From NCBI GenBank assembly GCA_036230545.1, contig JAZAIZ010000212.1, positions 1 to 62,229 of the forward strand: DNA of 62,229 bases, given 5' to 3'. The position numbers and the translations under genes are program-made. The notes under the pieces are model-generated. The model was not told the DNA's origin, searched no databases, and worked only from the letters and a program-made list of their open reading frames with translations. Source of the DNA: Myxococcota bacterium. Lineage in GTDB: Bacteria > Myxococcota > XYA12-FULL-58-9 > JABJBS01. This document shows, one piece after another, positions 29,569-42,559 of this stretch. Numbering within the stretch: position 1 is the first letter of the stretch; every line of letters begins with the position of its first letter.

Positions 29569-30594
29569 ATGACTTCCCTCCTCGACTCCCTGGCACGCCC
29601 GCTTCGAGCGCTGAGAATTTCCGTCACCGATCGCTGCAATCTACGCTGCGAATACTGCATGCCCGAAGACCATTACCAATGGCTTCCCCGAGAGGACATT
29701 CTTAACTTTGAGGAGCTCTCGCAGCTCGTCGATATCTTCCTTGCCCAGGGGGTCTCTCGCTACCGCATCACCGGGGGAGAGCCCCTGCTGAGACGGGATC
29801 TCCCCGAGCTTATCGCTCAGCTCGCAAAAAAACCGGGGGTTGACGATCTGGCACTCACCACCAACGGTATCCTGCTGCCTCAACACGCCCACGCCCTCCA
29901 AAGGGCAGGCCTTCACCGACTCACCATCAGCCTCGATACCCTGCAACCTGCGCTCTTTAAGCGCTTAACTCGCCAGGACAAGCTCACCGAGACCCTGGCG
30001 GGAGTTGAGGCTGCTGCGCAGGCTGGTTTTGACTCGGTGAAGCTGAACGTCGTGGTGATGCGAGGACAAAACGACACCGAACTCCCCGACCTGCTCCGCT
30101 TTGCCCGCGAGCGCTCCATGGAGGTCCGCTTCATTGAGTACATGGACGTTGGCGGCGCCACCCAATGGGCGGGAGGAAGGGTGCTCTCCCGCGCCGACAT
30201 CCTGAAGCAACTTGCCGACACCTTCGGTCCCATCGAGCCCCTCCCCGGCCAGGGCTCCTCCCCGGCTCAACGCTACGAACTTGAAGACGGCACCCGCTTT
30301 GGCGTGATCGCCTCCACCACGGCACCCTTCTGTGGAGCCTGCGACCGGGCACGCTTGACCGCCGACGGCACACTCCTCTCCTGCCTCTACGCCCACCAGG
30401 GCTTGGATCTCCGCGGGCTCCTCCGCGAGGGAAGCTCCGCAGCAGAGCTATCGACCATCCTTCGAAACACCTGGGGCCGCCGCGCAGACCAGGGCGCCGC
30501 AGACCGCCTCCGGGAGCCCCTGCGCGGACCATTGATCCCCCTGCCCACCCTAAAAAAGAACCCTCACCTTGAAATGCATACCCGAGGCGGTTAA
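29569..30594 (+). CDS. moaA: GTP 3',8-cyclase MoaA (radical SAM, molybdenum cofactor biosynthesis)
   Basis: RISVTDRCNLRCEYCMP (CxxxCxxC), C-terminal CGACDRARLTADG (second cluster), ends in GG. Confidence 0.9.
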   Translation: MTSLLDSLARPLRALRISVTDRCNLRCEYCMPEDHYQWLPREDILNFEELSQLVDIFLAQGVSRYRITGGEPLLRRDLPELIAQLAKKPGVDDLALTTNGILLPQHAHALQRAGLHRLTISLDTLQPALFKRLTRQDKLTETLAGVEAAAQAGFDSVKLNVVVMRGQNDTELPDLLRFARERSMEVRFIEYMDVGGATQWAGGRVLSRADILKQLADTFGPIEPLPGQGSSPAQRYELEDGTRFGVIASTTAPFCGACDRARLTADGTLLSCLYAHQGLDLRGLLREGSSAAELSTILRNTWGRRADQGAADRLREPLRGPLIPLPTLKKNPHLEMHTRGG

Positions 30595-30671
30595 CAAAGG
30601 GGAGCTAATCGGATAGAAATGGTCCGAATACAACCAACCAGAGAACAACCCGTCCGCAGGGAGCACAAATT

Positions 30672-31598
30672 ATGAGCCTGGAAGAAGCAGTACGCGACAA
30701 AATCACCGAGGCCATCGCCTCCAACTCCACCGTCCTTTTCATGAAGGGCAACCGCACCCAGCCCCAGTGTGGGTTTTCGGCCACGGTAATCCAAATTCTG
30801 GAGCAGCTCGGATGCGACTACAACACCGTCGACGTCCTCGCCGATGGTGAGATTCGCGAGGGCATCAAGGTCTTCTCCAATTGGCCCACCATTCCGCAAC
30901 TCTATATTGACGGCGAGTTCATCGGCGGCTGTGACATCGTCAAAGACATGCACGCCTCCGGCGACCTGGGCAAAAAGCTCCAGGTGGATATCAGCGGCCT
31001 CACCCCACCCGCTATCACCATTACCGACGCGGCGGCCCAGGCCCTGCAAAAAACCCTCGGTGACAGCGACGGGCAAGCCCTCCACCTTGACGTGGACGGA
31101 ACGTTCAACACCTCCCTGCAGCTTGAGCTGCCCTCCACCCAGAAGGTCACCGCCACCTCCAATGGCATCACCCTCTACATTCCTGCGGGCGCCATCAAAC
31201 GCGCTGAGGGGATGACCATCGACTTTCTCGACGGCCCCGAGGGCTCCGGATTTAAAATCGAGAACCCCAACGCCCCACCTCCGGTGCATCAAATGGAGGT
31301 CGGCGCGCTAAAGGAGCTGCTCAATGGCGACTCCAACCTGCGCCTGCTGGATTGCCGCACCCCTGAAGAGCGAGCCACCGCAAAGATTGAGGGCTCTATC
31401 CACCTCGACGAGGGCGCTGCCCGGGAGCTCACCGCCCTCGAGAAAGAGGCCATGCTGGTGTTTCACTGCCACCACGGCGGACGCAGCCAACGCGCGGCCG
31501 AATATTTTCGAGACCAGGGGTTTCGCAACGTCCACAACCTGGTGGGCGGCATCGATGCGTGGTCCCAGGAAATCGACTCCTCGGTACCCCGCTATTAA
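30672..31598 (+). CDS. Three-domain fusion: monothiol (CGFS) glutaredoxin, Cys-less A-type-carrier-like domain, rhodanese
   Basis: aa 1-105: FMKGNRTQPQCGFS ... WPTIPQLYIDGEFIGGCD (Grx4 type). aa ~112-201: ITITDAAAQALQKTL ... LHLDVDG ... GMTIDFLDGPEGSGFKIENPNA (IscA/HesB-like, lacking all three Cys). aa ~208-308: rhodanese with FHCHHGGRS active-site loop (Cys codon 31467-31469). Confidence 0.8.
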   Translation: MSLEEAVRDKITEAIASNSTVLFMKGNRTQPQCGFSATVIQILEQLGCDYNTVDVLADGEIREGIKVFSNWPTIPQLYIDGEFIGGCDIVKDMHASGDLGKKLQVDISGLTPPAITITDAAAQALQKTLGDSDGQALHLDVDGTFNTSLQLELPSTQKVTATSNGITLYIPAGAIKRAEGMTIDFLDGPEGSGFKIENPNAPPPVHQMEVGALKELLNGDSNLRLLDCRTPEERATAKIEGSIHLDEGAARELTALEKEAMLVFHCHHGGRSQRAAEYFRDQGFRNVHNLVGGIDAWSQEIDSSVPRY

Positions 31599-31620
31599 GG
31601 GGCATTAATCCACTCCTCTC

Positions 31621-31658
31621 AAGGCCGGCCTTCACCATCGAAGGCCGGCCTTTTTTTT
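31621..31658 (+). terminator. Rho-independent terminator
   Basis: AAGGCCGGCCTTC-ACCATC-GAAGGCCGGCCTT followed by a T run (total T8), 23 nt after the stop at 31598. Confidence 0.75.
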
Positions 31659-31685
31659 GACCTCGACTCTCCGGAAAGCAGTCCC

Positions 31686-35322
<3,637 letters not shown>

Positions 35323-35333
<11 letters not shown>

Positions 35334-36252
35334 ATCGAGCAAAGGGGTTGTCGTTTTGCACGACACGCTTAACAAAATTGGGCAGGGCGAAGGCCGCCTT
35401 TTGAATCTCAGCATTGTAATAGTGTGTCCCCTTTTCGATCAGGGCCGCTGAGTCCACGTTAAAATAATCGTCGGGGCGTCTGGTGTTGCTGGCGTAGGAC
35501 CAGGTCCAACAACCACTGGGGTAGGTGGGGATCCACCCCATGTAGGCATGTACGTGTTGAAACGCTTTGCCCATCTGCTCGTAGATAGTGCCCATCATCG
35601 CAGGGTCCCAATGGGGCGACTCGGTCTGCGCCACCATCACTCCACCGGGTTTCAAAGCCCGAGAAACCTTGCGATAAAACTCTTCCAAAAAGAGGCCCAC
35701 CGCCGGTCCCACCGGATCAGTGCTATCAACGATGATCAAATCAAAGACCCCCTCGTGCTCATCAATGTATCGAATGCCGTCCTGAAAAATCACCTCAGCG
35801 CGAGGATGTTCAATGGCTGATGTCACCCAGGGAAAAAACTGCTCGCTAACTCGCGTAACCCGCTCATCAATATCGCATTGAACGACCCGCTCAAGGGTGG
35901 GGTGCTTAAGAGCTTCTCGCAGGCACCCCGCATCTCCCCCGCCAATGATCAACACCTGACGCGGGTTCTCCATGCTTAGGAGCGGGAGGTGGGTCAGCAT
36001 CTCGTGATACACAAACTCATCCCGCTCAGTCAGCATCACGCAATCATCAAGGGTCAGCACCTTGCCAAAAAAGCCGGTGTCGTAGACCGCGAGCTTCTGG
36101 TAGTCGGAGGACTCCTCGTGCAGCATCTCTTTCACCTTGATGCCAAGGCGAGTTCGACCGGTGCCCTCATAGAGCCACGACCCGTCAAAATGTCCCGTAG
36201 CCCCCCCCTCTTCGCAGACCAGCCCTTCGGGCAATGATGATAATGCTGTCAT
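35323..36252 (-). CDS. speE: Spermidine synthase (polyamine aminopropyltransferase)
   Basis: [70 protein letters not shown] lies before ATG 36252. Confidence 0.85.
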
Positions 36253-36271
36253 GCTCTCTCCTGTCAGCTCG

Positions 36272-36712
36272 TCACGCTGCCTCGTCGGTCCCCAAATCAA
36301 TCTCGGTGGTCATTTTAGTGATCACACTGACGTCGTCAGGACCCACCTGCCCGTACTCGGCGATGTCCTCGGGAAGACCACGCACGATCTCCTGAACCCG
36401 AGCGCTCTCGGCCTTAAACTGGAGGCCAAGGTGCTTGAAGCCGATGTTGGGATCCAAACCACCGCAGGTAAAAATGTCGACCGCGACGTAGCCCACCTCA
36501 GGCCAGGTGTGAATCGAGAGATGCGACTCCGCAATCACAACGGTGCCACTGACACCCTGGGGTGTAAATTGATGAAATTTTTCACCAAGCACCGTGGCGC
36601 CAATCTTCACAGCGGCGTCACACATGTGAGTTTTAATGTCTTCGAGGCTGTTAATGACGTCAACGTCACAGCCATAGAATTCAGCAATAAGGTGTCGGCC
36701 AATCGTTTTCAC
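36272..36712 (-). CDS. speD: S-adenosylmethionine decarboxylase proenzyme (small bacterial/archaeal class)
   Basis: GRHLIAEFYGC and VVIAESHLSIHTWPE (E-S self-cleavage site), followed by DIFTCG. 146 aa. Directly upstream of speE. Confidence 0.85.
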   Translation of the reverse strand: MKTIGRHLIAEFYGCDVDVINSLEDIKTHMCDAAVKIGATVLGEKFHQFTPQGVSGTVVIAESHLSIHTWPEVGYVAVDIFTCGGLDPNIGFKHLGLQFKAESARVQEIVRGLPEDIAEYGQVGPDDVSVITKMTTEIDLGTDEAA

Positions 36713-36967
36713 GCTTCCAAATCCTTCTCAGCCCGATCTCGGTGGGTACTGAATGCCTCGCTCTTCAAGCCCTGCTCTGTCTCCCTGGAGACTAAGACCG
36801 GAACCAAAAAGAGTCGACTGTAAATCTAATGGGGGTGCTCGGGGCTCCAGATCTAAAGCCCGAATTTCCCGAGAACGGCGCGGTCTAGCCCCTGAATTCT
36901 ACTCTGTCAAGGAAGACCCTAAGGGCCCTGTGGGTGAAATTGATCGTTTTTTGGAATGGCCAAAGAC

Positions 36968-39900
36968 TCAGGCTGCCCTAAAACGAGAGGCGGCTTCAAG
37001 GTTCACCGAGACCACCTTACTCATGCCCGGCTCCTCCATGGTGATGCCATAGAGCCGGTCCACGCTCGTCATTGTGTTCTTGTTGTGGGTAATGACGATA
37101 AATTGGGAGACCTTGGAGATCTCACGCAGCATCTCGTTAAAGCGACCCACGTTGGCCTCATCCAGTGGCGCGTCGACCTCATCCAGAACACAGAAGGGGC
37201 TCGGTTTTATCAGAAAAATCGAGAAGATAAGGGCCGTCGCCGTGAGAGCCTTCTCGCCCCCCGAGAGGAGTCCCACGTTCTGCAGCTTCTTGCCTGGAGG
37301 CATCGCAATGATGTCGACCCCGGCCTCCAGCATGTCGTCGGAGTCCACCAACTCCAGGCGGGCCTCGCCCCCCCGAAACAGGCGCGGGAAGACCTTCTGA
37401 AACATGTCATTCACCGAATGAAACGCCACCTCAAAGCGCTCGCGGCTCACCCGGTTGATTCGATTGATAGCCCGACGCAGGGAGTCGAGAGCGTCCTTCA
37501 GGTCCTGACGCTGCTCAGTCAAAAACTCGTGACGCTCCTCCACCTCGGCACACTCCTCGATGGCCGTCAGGTTAATGGAGCCCATATTCTTGATCTTACG
37601 CTCAAGGTCTTCCTTCTGAGCGACCTTCTCTTCTCCGGGCATGCCAAGGGCGTGGTAGTCGCTGAGGACCGAGAGAATATGCAGATCGTAACGCTCTTCA
37701 ATCTGGTCGATGATACGGACCCGATCCATCTCGATTCGTTGCAGGGTCAAGCGACACTGATTCAGCTTCTCCTGCCGGGATTGCCCCCCTTTGCGCTGCT
37801 CCCGCAGGCTGTTCTCCACCTCGGAGATCTTACTTCGATTCTCTTCATAGGCTGCTCGCATGGTGCTCAACTGCTCACGCAACTCCTGAGCCTGCAGCAC
37901 CACGGTCTCCGACGACGCCTGCCCCTCGGTGATCTTCTCACGCAGATCGATCACCAGGTCACTCCCCTCCCCACTAACGCGCTCATTGCGCTCGATACGC
38001 TGCTCCAACTCGGTCTCGGTAAATTCGGAACGCTTCAAACCCTGGCGCATCGCCGCGAGCTTCTCATCACGTCCGCTTATTTGAACCCGCAGTACAGTCT
38101 GAATCTCGGTCGCCTCGTCTAAGCGCTCTGCCAACTCAGTACGCGTCTGCTGTAAAGTCTCAATCTGAGCTTCAATCTCTTCCTGACCCGCCTCGGCTTC
38201 TTCAGCAGCCGCACGTGCGCTGACACTCTCGCGCTCAATGGCCTCAAGCTCTTCTTCACGTTGACCAACTTCATAGGTCAAAACCTCCGCACGCTCCTGA
38301 AAGCGAGACACATCCTTTTCGGCACCCTCGACATCCTTGGTTAATTTTACCAAGGTGATATCCGACTGCCGAATGTCCTTATCGAGCTGCCGCGACTCAG
38401 CATCGAGCTGCGCCCTCTGATGCTCAAGCTCTTCTTGCTGCGCAACGCATTGCTCAATGGCCCCGTCAAGACGCTCCACCTGAGTGTGCAGTTCACGAAT
38501 CTCCCGCTGCTTCGCAAAGACACCACCGTCGGAGACTGCGCCCCCCGCCACGCCCCCACGACACTCAACCCTGTCCCCATCGAGGGTCACCAGGACTGCT
38601 TCCGGAGTGCCACTGAAAGCATCCGCCTCGATCAAAGTTCGTGCCTGCTCAACGCTCTCCACCAGATAGACATTGTTCAGCAGGAGGCGCGCGATACCCT
38701 CGCTGCTTGGCTCCACCTGCACCACATCCATCGCCCGCCCAAGCGTCCCGGAAACAGTCGGCAACTCCGTGGGTGCCTCCGCCAGAAGACGCTGCGGGAT
38801 AAACCCGCTGCGCCCGGCGTCAGCGGCGCGCAAATACTCAAGGGCCGCAAAACCAACGTCCTGCTTTTCTACCACGAGGTATTGCAGTGCCGCGCCCATA
38901 GCGGACTCAAAGGCTCGCTCGTATTCCTTTGGAACTCGGATCGTATCGGCCACAGTGCCCAACACACCCGATGCCACCACCTGAGGGATCGCGGGGAGGT
39001 CGGCGTTGTCGGATTTTCCGAGGAGCGCACGGACTCCCTCGGGAAAACCTTCGAGGCGTTGTGCGATCTCCTCCAGAGAAGAGAGCCGGGACTCCTTTTG
39101 TGAAAACTCTCCCCGCAAACGGAAGAGCTGGTCACTGGTCTCGTTCACGGAGAGAGTAACCGTCTCCAACTGCTCCTGAAGCAGGCGATGTCGCTCTTTC
39201 CAATCACCCGCTTGTGCCGCCAGGGTGGAGTGACTCTCGCTTAACTCCGCCAGGTGTTCATGGGCCTGCAGGTGGTTAACCTCAACGCTGCGCTTCTCTT
39301 CCCGGGCCGACTCCAGGCGCTGGGTAATCCCAACACGCTGCTTCTCAAGCCCGGCGAGCTGAGTGCGTTGCTGAGCGGAGCCGTGTACTTTGTCGAGGGC
39401 GTCACGCCGAAAGGATTCGATTCTGCCATTGACTTCAGCAAGCGCCCGCTGCGCCTGGGAAACGTTCTCTTCGGCTCGCTCGGTGGACTCTGCGTCCTCG
39501 GAGGCTGTGCTGGCGAGGGTCTCGATCTGCTCTCGCAAACGCACGAGTTCTTCTCGAATCTCCAGCAGGCTTACCCTGGCCTCTTCACTGTCACCCGCGG
39601 CGTCCTCGATCCGTTGAGTCACCTCGGCCACTTGATCGCGCCAGTGATTCAGGTCGCGCTCCAACCCCACCAGTTGCGTGTCCGCTTCAGCGCTTCGCTG
39701 TTGGTGCACCTGCAGCTGACTCTCTTCTTCGAGCAGCCGCATCTTGTCGACCTCAAGGTTCGCCTCCAGAGACGCCACGTGAGCATCGCCACTTTGAACC
39801 TCTTCGGAGAGGACCTTGAGCTGGGCCTCGTTAACCTTGTGCTCGCTCATTAACTCAAGGATTCGAATCGAGGCCATGTGCAGATCAATGTCTCGCAGCT

Positions 39901-40567
39901 CGTTTCTCAGGCGCTTGTATCGTTCGGCCTTCTGAGCCTGGCGCTTGAGGGAGCCCAGCTGTCGCTCCAACTCATTGATGATGTCGTTCACCCGCAGCAG
40001 GTTCTGCTCGGTGCTCTTCATCCGACGCTCGGCGGCTTTTTTACGGACCTTGAATTTGGTGATCCCAGCCACCTCTTCAATCAAGGTTCGCCGCTGCTCG
40101 GGCTTGGAGCTGACAATAAACCCCACCCGGCCCTGCTCGATGATTGAATACGCTCGGGTGCCCACCCCGGTCCCAAGGAAAAGATCGACGATATCGCGCA
40201 ATCGAACGGTAACCTTGTTGATGAGGTATTCACTGGTACCGTCCCGGTGCAGGCGTCGGGTTACCGAGATCTCACCATAATCAGCGTATTGGGGGGGCAC
40301 ATTGCCGTCATTGTTGAAGGTGAGGGTGACCTCGGCCATCCCAAGGGGACCGCGAGTGTCCGAGCCCGCAAAGATAACGTCCTGCATGGCGCGGCCCCGG
40401 AGGTGCTTCGCGCTCATCTCACCCATGCACCATCGGATCGAGTCGATGATGTTGGATTTTCCGCAACCGTTGGGCCCTACAACTCCGGTAATCCCTGTAC
40501 CAAAGTTAAGGACAGCCCGGTCAGCAAATGACTTAAAGCCGTGAATTTCCAGTCGTTTTATACGCAT
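36968..40567 (-). CDS. smc: Chromosome segregation protein SMC
   Basis: MRIKRLEIHGFKSF, Walker A GPNGCGKSN, long coiled coils, hinge (GVLGTVADTI), signature LSGGEKALTA, Walker B FCVLDEVDAPLD. 1199 aa. Confidence 0.95.
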   Translation of the reverse strand: MRIKRLEIHGFKSFADRAVLNFGTGITGVVGPNGCGKSNIIDSIRWCMGEMSAKHLRGRAMQDVIFAGSDTRGPLGMAEVTLTFNNDGNVPPQYADYGEISVTRRLHRDGTSEYLINKVTVRLRDIVDLFLGTGVGTRAYSIIEQGRVGFIVSSKPEQRRTLIEEVAGITKFKVRKKAAERRMKSTEQNLLRVNDIINELERQLGSLKRQAQKAERYKRLRNELRDIDLHMASIRILELMSEHKVNEAQLKVLSEEVQSGDAHVASLEANLEVDKMRLLEEESQLQVHQQRSAEADTQLVGLERDLNHWRDQVAEVTQRIEDAAGDSEEARVSLLEIREELVRLREQIETLASTASEDAESTERAEENVSQAQRALAEVNGRIESFRRDALDKVHGSAQQRTQLAGLEKQRVGITQRLESAREEKRSVEVNHLQAHEHLAELSESHSTLAAQAGDWKERHRLLQEQLETVTLSVNETSDQLFRLRGEFSQKESRLSSLEEIAQRLEGFPEGVRALLGKSDNADLPAIPQVVASGVLGTVADTIRVPKEYERAFESAMGAALQYLVVEKQDVGFAALEYLRAADAGRSGFIPQRLLAEAPTELPTVSGTLGRAMDVVQVEPSSEGIARLLLNNVYLVESVEQARTLIEADAFSGTPEAVLVTLDGDRVECRGGVAGGAVSDGGVFAKQREIRELHTQVERLDGAIEQCVAQQEELEHQRAQLDAESRQLDKDIRQSDITLVKLTKDVEGAEKDVSRFQERAEVLTYEVGQREEELEAIERESVSARAAAEEAEAGQEEIEAQIETLQQTRTELAERLDEATEIQTVLRVQISGRDEKLAAMRQGLKRSEFTETELEQRIERNERVSGEGSDLVIDLREKITEGQASSETVVLQAQELREQLSTMRAAYEENRSKISEVENSLREQRKGGQSRQEKLNQCRLTLQRIEMDRVRIIDQIEERYDLHILSVLSDYHALGMPGEEKVAQKEDLERKIKNMGSINLTAIEECAEVEERHEFLTEQRQDLKDALDSLRRAINRINRVSRERFEVAFHSVNDMFQKVFPRLFRGGEARLELVDSDDMLEAGVDIIAMPPGKKLQNVGLLSGGEKALTATALIFSIFLIKPSPFCVLDEVDAPLDEANVGRFNEMLREISKVSQFIVITHNKNTMTSVDRLYGITMEEPGMSKVVSVNLEAASRFRAA

Positions 40568-40922
40568 CGGTCCTCAAACCCATCCAAGTCGCCCAGAGTT
40601 CACACCGCTGCGGTGAACCCCGGATGCTTTGGGTGATTCCATAGCCCACCCATGACGTGACGGAAAGATTTCCGCCCCCCAAAAACGTCGTCCGCCCAGG
40701 CGCACCCAGGTCGAACTTCCCACTCACAAACCCATTGAAGCGGCTCTCAACGAGAGTGAAGAGCCATGTATCCTACCCATACGTACCAGAACCTACAGGT
40801 TCCCGACAAGGCAGGAATCTAAAGGGGTAGCTATTCGCCATCCAGGAAGATCCCACGCCGGAGGGAGGAATGCAACCCATTGTTATTATTAGGTTTTCGT
40901 TTTAGGGGTTCTATAGCAGGGC

Positions 40923-42260
40923 TCAGAGCTTCGAGATATAAAGAATCCCCAGGCACATCTCATCCTGGGTTCCGTCCCCCCAGGCTACATTCCGGGGCTC
41001 CACAGCCTGCCCATCAATCCGGTGCTGATTCTCCGCGCTGTTGTCCCAAGTGCAGCTCATATGCAGTTTATCCCCGGGGTTGAACACCACAGGCTCCCGA
41101 AATCCGTAGGCTCTTTGCCAATTGAAGTCCCAGCGCGGAATGTCCAAAAGGCAGGTCTCAGCGCCCTCGGACTCCACCCAAAGCCTGGTCTGCACCCCCA
41201 GCTCGTGCATGTGCAGGGATGCCCAATGAATGCGGAAGGACTCCCCTGGTCCAAAGAGACCTCCAGTCAAAGCGCCCAGGTAAAATCCCGGATTGGCAGC
41301 GTAGCTATGAGTAACAGACTTCTGTCCGGCCGGGATCAGCATGTTTTCCCCCACAAACCACTGAAAGTTGAGCCACAGCAGGATGGACGCTGGGTGCTCC
41401 ACCTCCGAATCCAGCCTCAATTCAATGGAGGTCTTATCGGGCTGAGGGGCGTTGTCGAGAACGTTATAGTGAACCTGGAGAACAATCCGAGCCCCCTTCT
41501 GAAGCTGAATCCCAGTGCCTTCGGGAAAATCTGCTCCCTCTCCCCCGGGCGCCCAGGCCCCCAACCACTGAAACGCCCCCCGAGATCCGGGCCCGCCAAA
41601 GCACTGGTACCCATCGCCCTCATCCGCCGCATCCTTCTCCTCAATGGTGCCCACTTGGTCTGGAGCAACTAGAAACGCGATCACGTGATGAACGATGCCT
41701 GGGTTTCCGGGCAACGCTCGAAATCCGGTCACATACCCCTCATTCTCACCGGCCTCCCAGTCCAAAAGAAAGCAGCGGTAGTCATCGGGGGAGTCGACGG
41801 GAGTGTAAGCATTCTTCATCGACAAGGTCACATCAGAACGACTCAATTTCACCTCGGTGGCCGGGTTATGAACGGGAGCTCCCTCCTCAAGAGGATCGCC
41901 CTCCGGCCCCCCTTGGTCTACCCAATCGGTCAGGGTTTTCTTCTCGGCTGCGGTGAGCGCACCGCTTCCCGTGTAATCGTTGCAGGCCTCATCCCCCAAC
42001 CACGGTGGCATCGTCCCTCGCTTGACCTCCACCGCGATCGCTTCACGCAACGCATACGCGTCGTCATAAGAAGCGAAAGTGAATGGCGCGACGCCACCGG
42101 TAACGTGACAAGTGTTGCACTTCGAATCCAGAATCGGTTTGGCGTGCTGGTAATAATACACCGCCTCAACAGACTCGGTGTCCGAGTCACATCCCACACT
42201 CAAAACCACCAACAGAGTCAGGAGCAGCGCTCCCCCTAAGGTTTTTCTTATACTATTCAT
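40923..42260 (-). CDS. Lipoprotein with an N-terminal CxxCH segment and a copper type-II ascorbate-dependent monooxygenase (PHM/DBH)-like two-domain core
   Basis: Lipobox LSVGC. CNTCH at 42105-42119. GIVHHVIAF, QVHYN, LHMHELG and DEMCLGILY match the HH..H / HxH..M copper-ligand pattern of PHM/DBH. The ORF-track start at 42263 is GTG; an ATG follows at 42260. Confidence 0.6.
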   Translation of the reverse strand: MNSIRKTLGGALLLTLLVVLSVGCDSDTESVEAVYYYQHAKPILDSKCNTCHVTGGVAPFTFASYDDAYALREAIAVEVKRGTMPPWLGDEACNDYTGSGALTAAEKKTLTDWVDQGGPEGDPLEEGAPVHNPATEVKLSRSDVTLSMKNAYTPVDSPDDYRCFLLDWEAGENEGYVTGFRALPGNPGIVHHVIAFLVAPDQVGTIEEKDAADEGDGYQCFGGPGSRGAFQWLGAWAPGGEGADFPEGTGIQLQKGARIVLQVHYNVLDNAPQPDKTSIELRLDSEVEHPASILLWLNFQWFVGENMLIPAGQKSVTHSYAANPGFYLGALTGGLFGPGESFRIHWASLHMHELGVQTRLWVESEGAETCLLDIPRWDFNWQRAYGFREPVVFNPGDKLHMSCTWDNSAENQHRIDGQAVEPRNVAWGDGTQDEMCLGILYISKL

Positions 42261-42455
42261 CACGGCACCCCTTCGCTATTACAAGAAGAATCACAGGTAC
42301 CATCGCTCTCAGCCACTCGTTAGTCAACGGGCTTTTCATGCTTCTCTTTTCACATCTCTCTCCGCGTAGAAACAAATTCACGTTCTCATGCACCCGCGAA
42401 ATATAAAGCCACAGACGACCGGTACTTAAACCTTGTGCCGCAATCCTCAAGGCCT

Positions 42456-42477
42456 TAAGAAGTCTCCCGACTTCTTA
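42456..42477. promoter_or_regulatory. Perfect 9-bp inverted repeat TAAGAAGTC-N4-GACTTCTTA in the divergent monooxygenase/pntA intergenic region
   Basis: Read directly from the sequence. Lies about 85 nt upstream of the pntAA ATG (42560). No T tract follows, so an operator or RNA hairpin is more likely than a terminator. Confidence 0.25.
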
Positions 42478-42559
42478 TACAAGAGCCGCTCCATTTAAGG
42501 CGCAGCTTATCATGAACCTGGGGAAGCCATTCATTCCCTGATTCAGCAGGAGTATCAAC

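Noticed and set aside
36956-40531. Plus-strand ORFs (e.g. 36956..38122, 388 aa; 38420..39103; 39254..39853) opposite smc
   Set aside because: Antisense to an intact 1199-aa SMC carrying all ATPase and hinge motifs. Leu/His/Gln-rich shadow translations.
40568-40922. 355-bp spacer upstream of smc, including ORF 40533..40727, checked for a small RNA or tRNA
   Set aside because: No cloverleaf-like arms, no strong hairpin plus T tract, and the ORF has an implausible composition. Most simply it is the smc promoter region.
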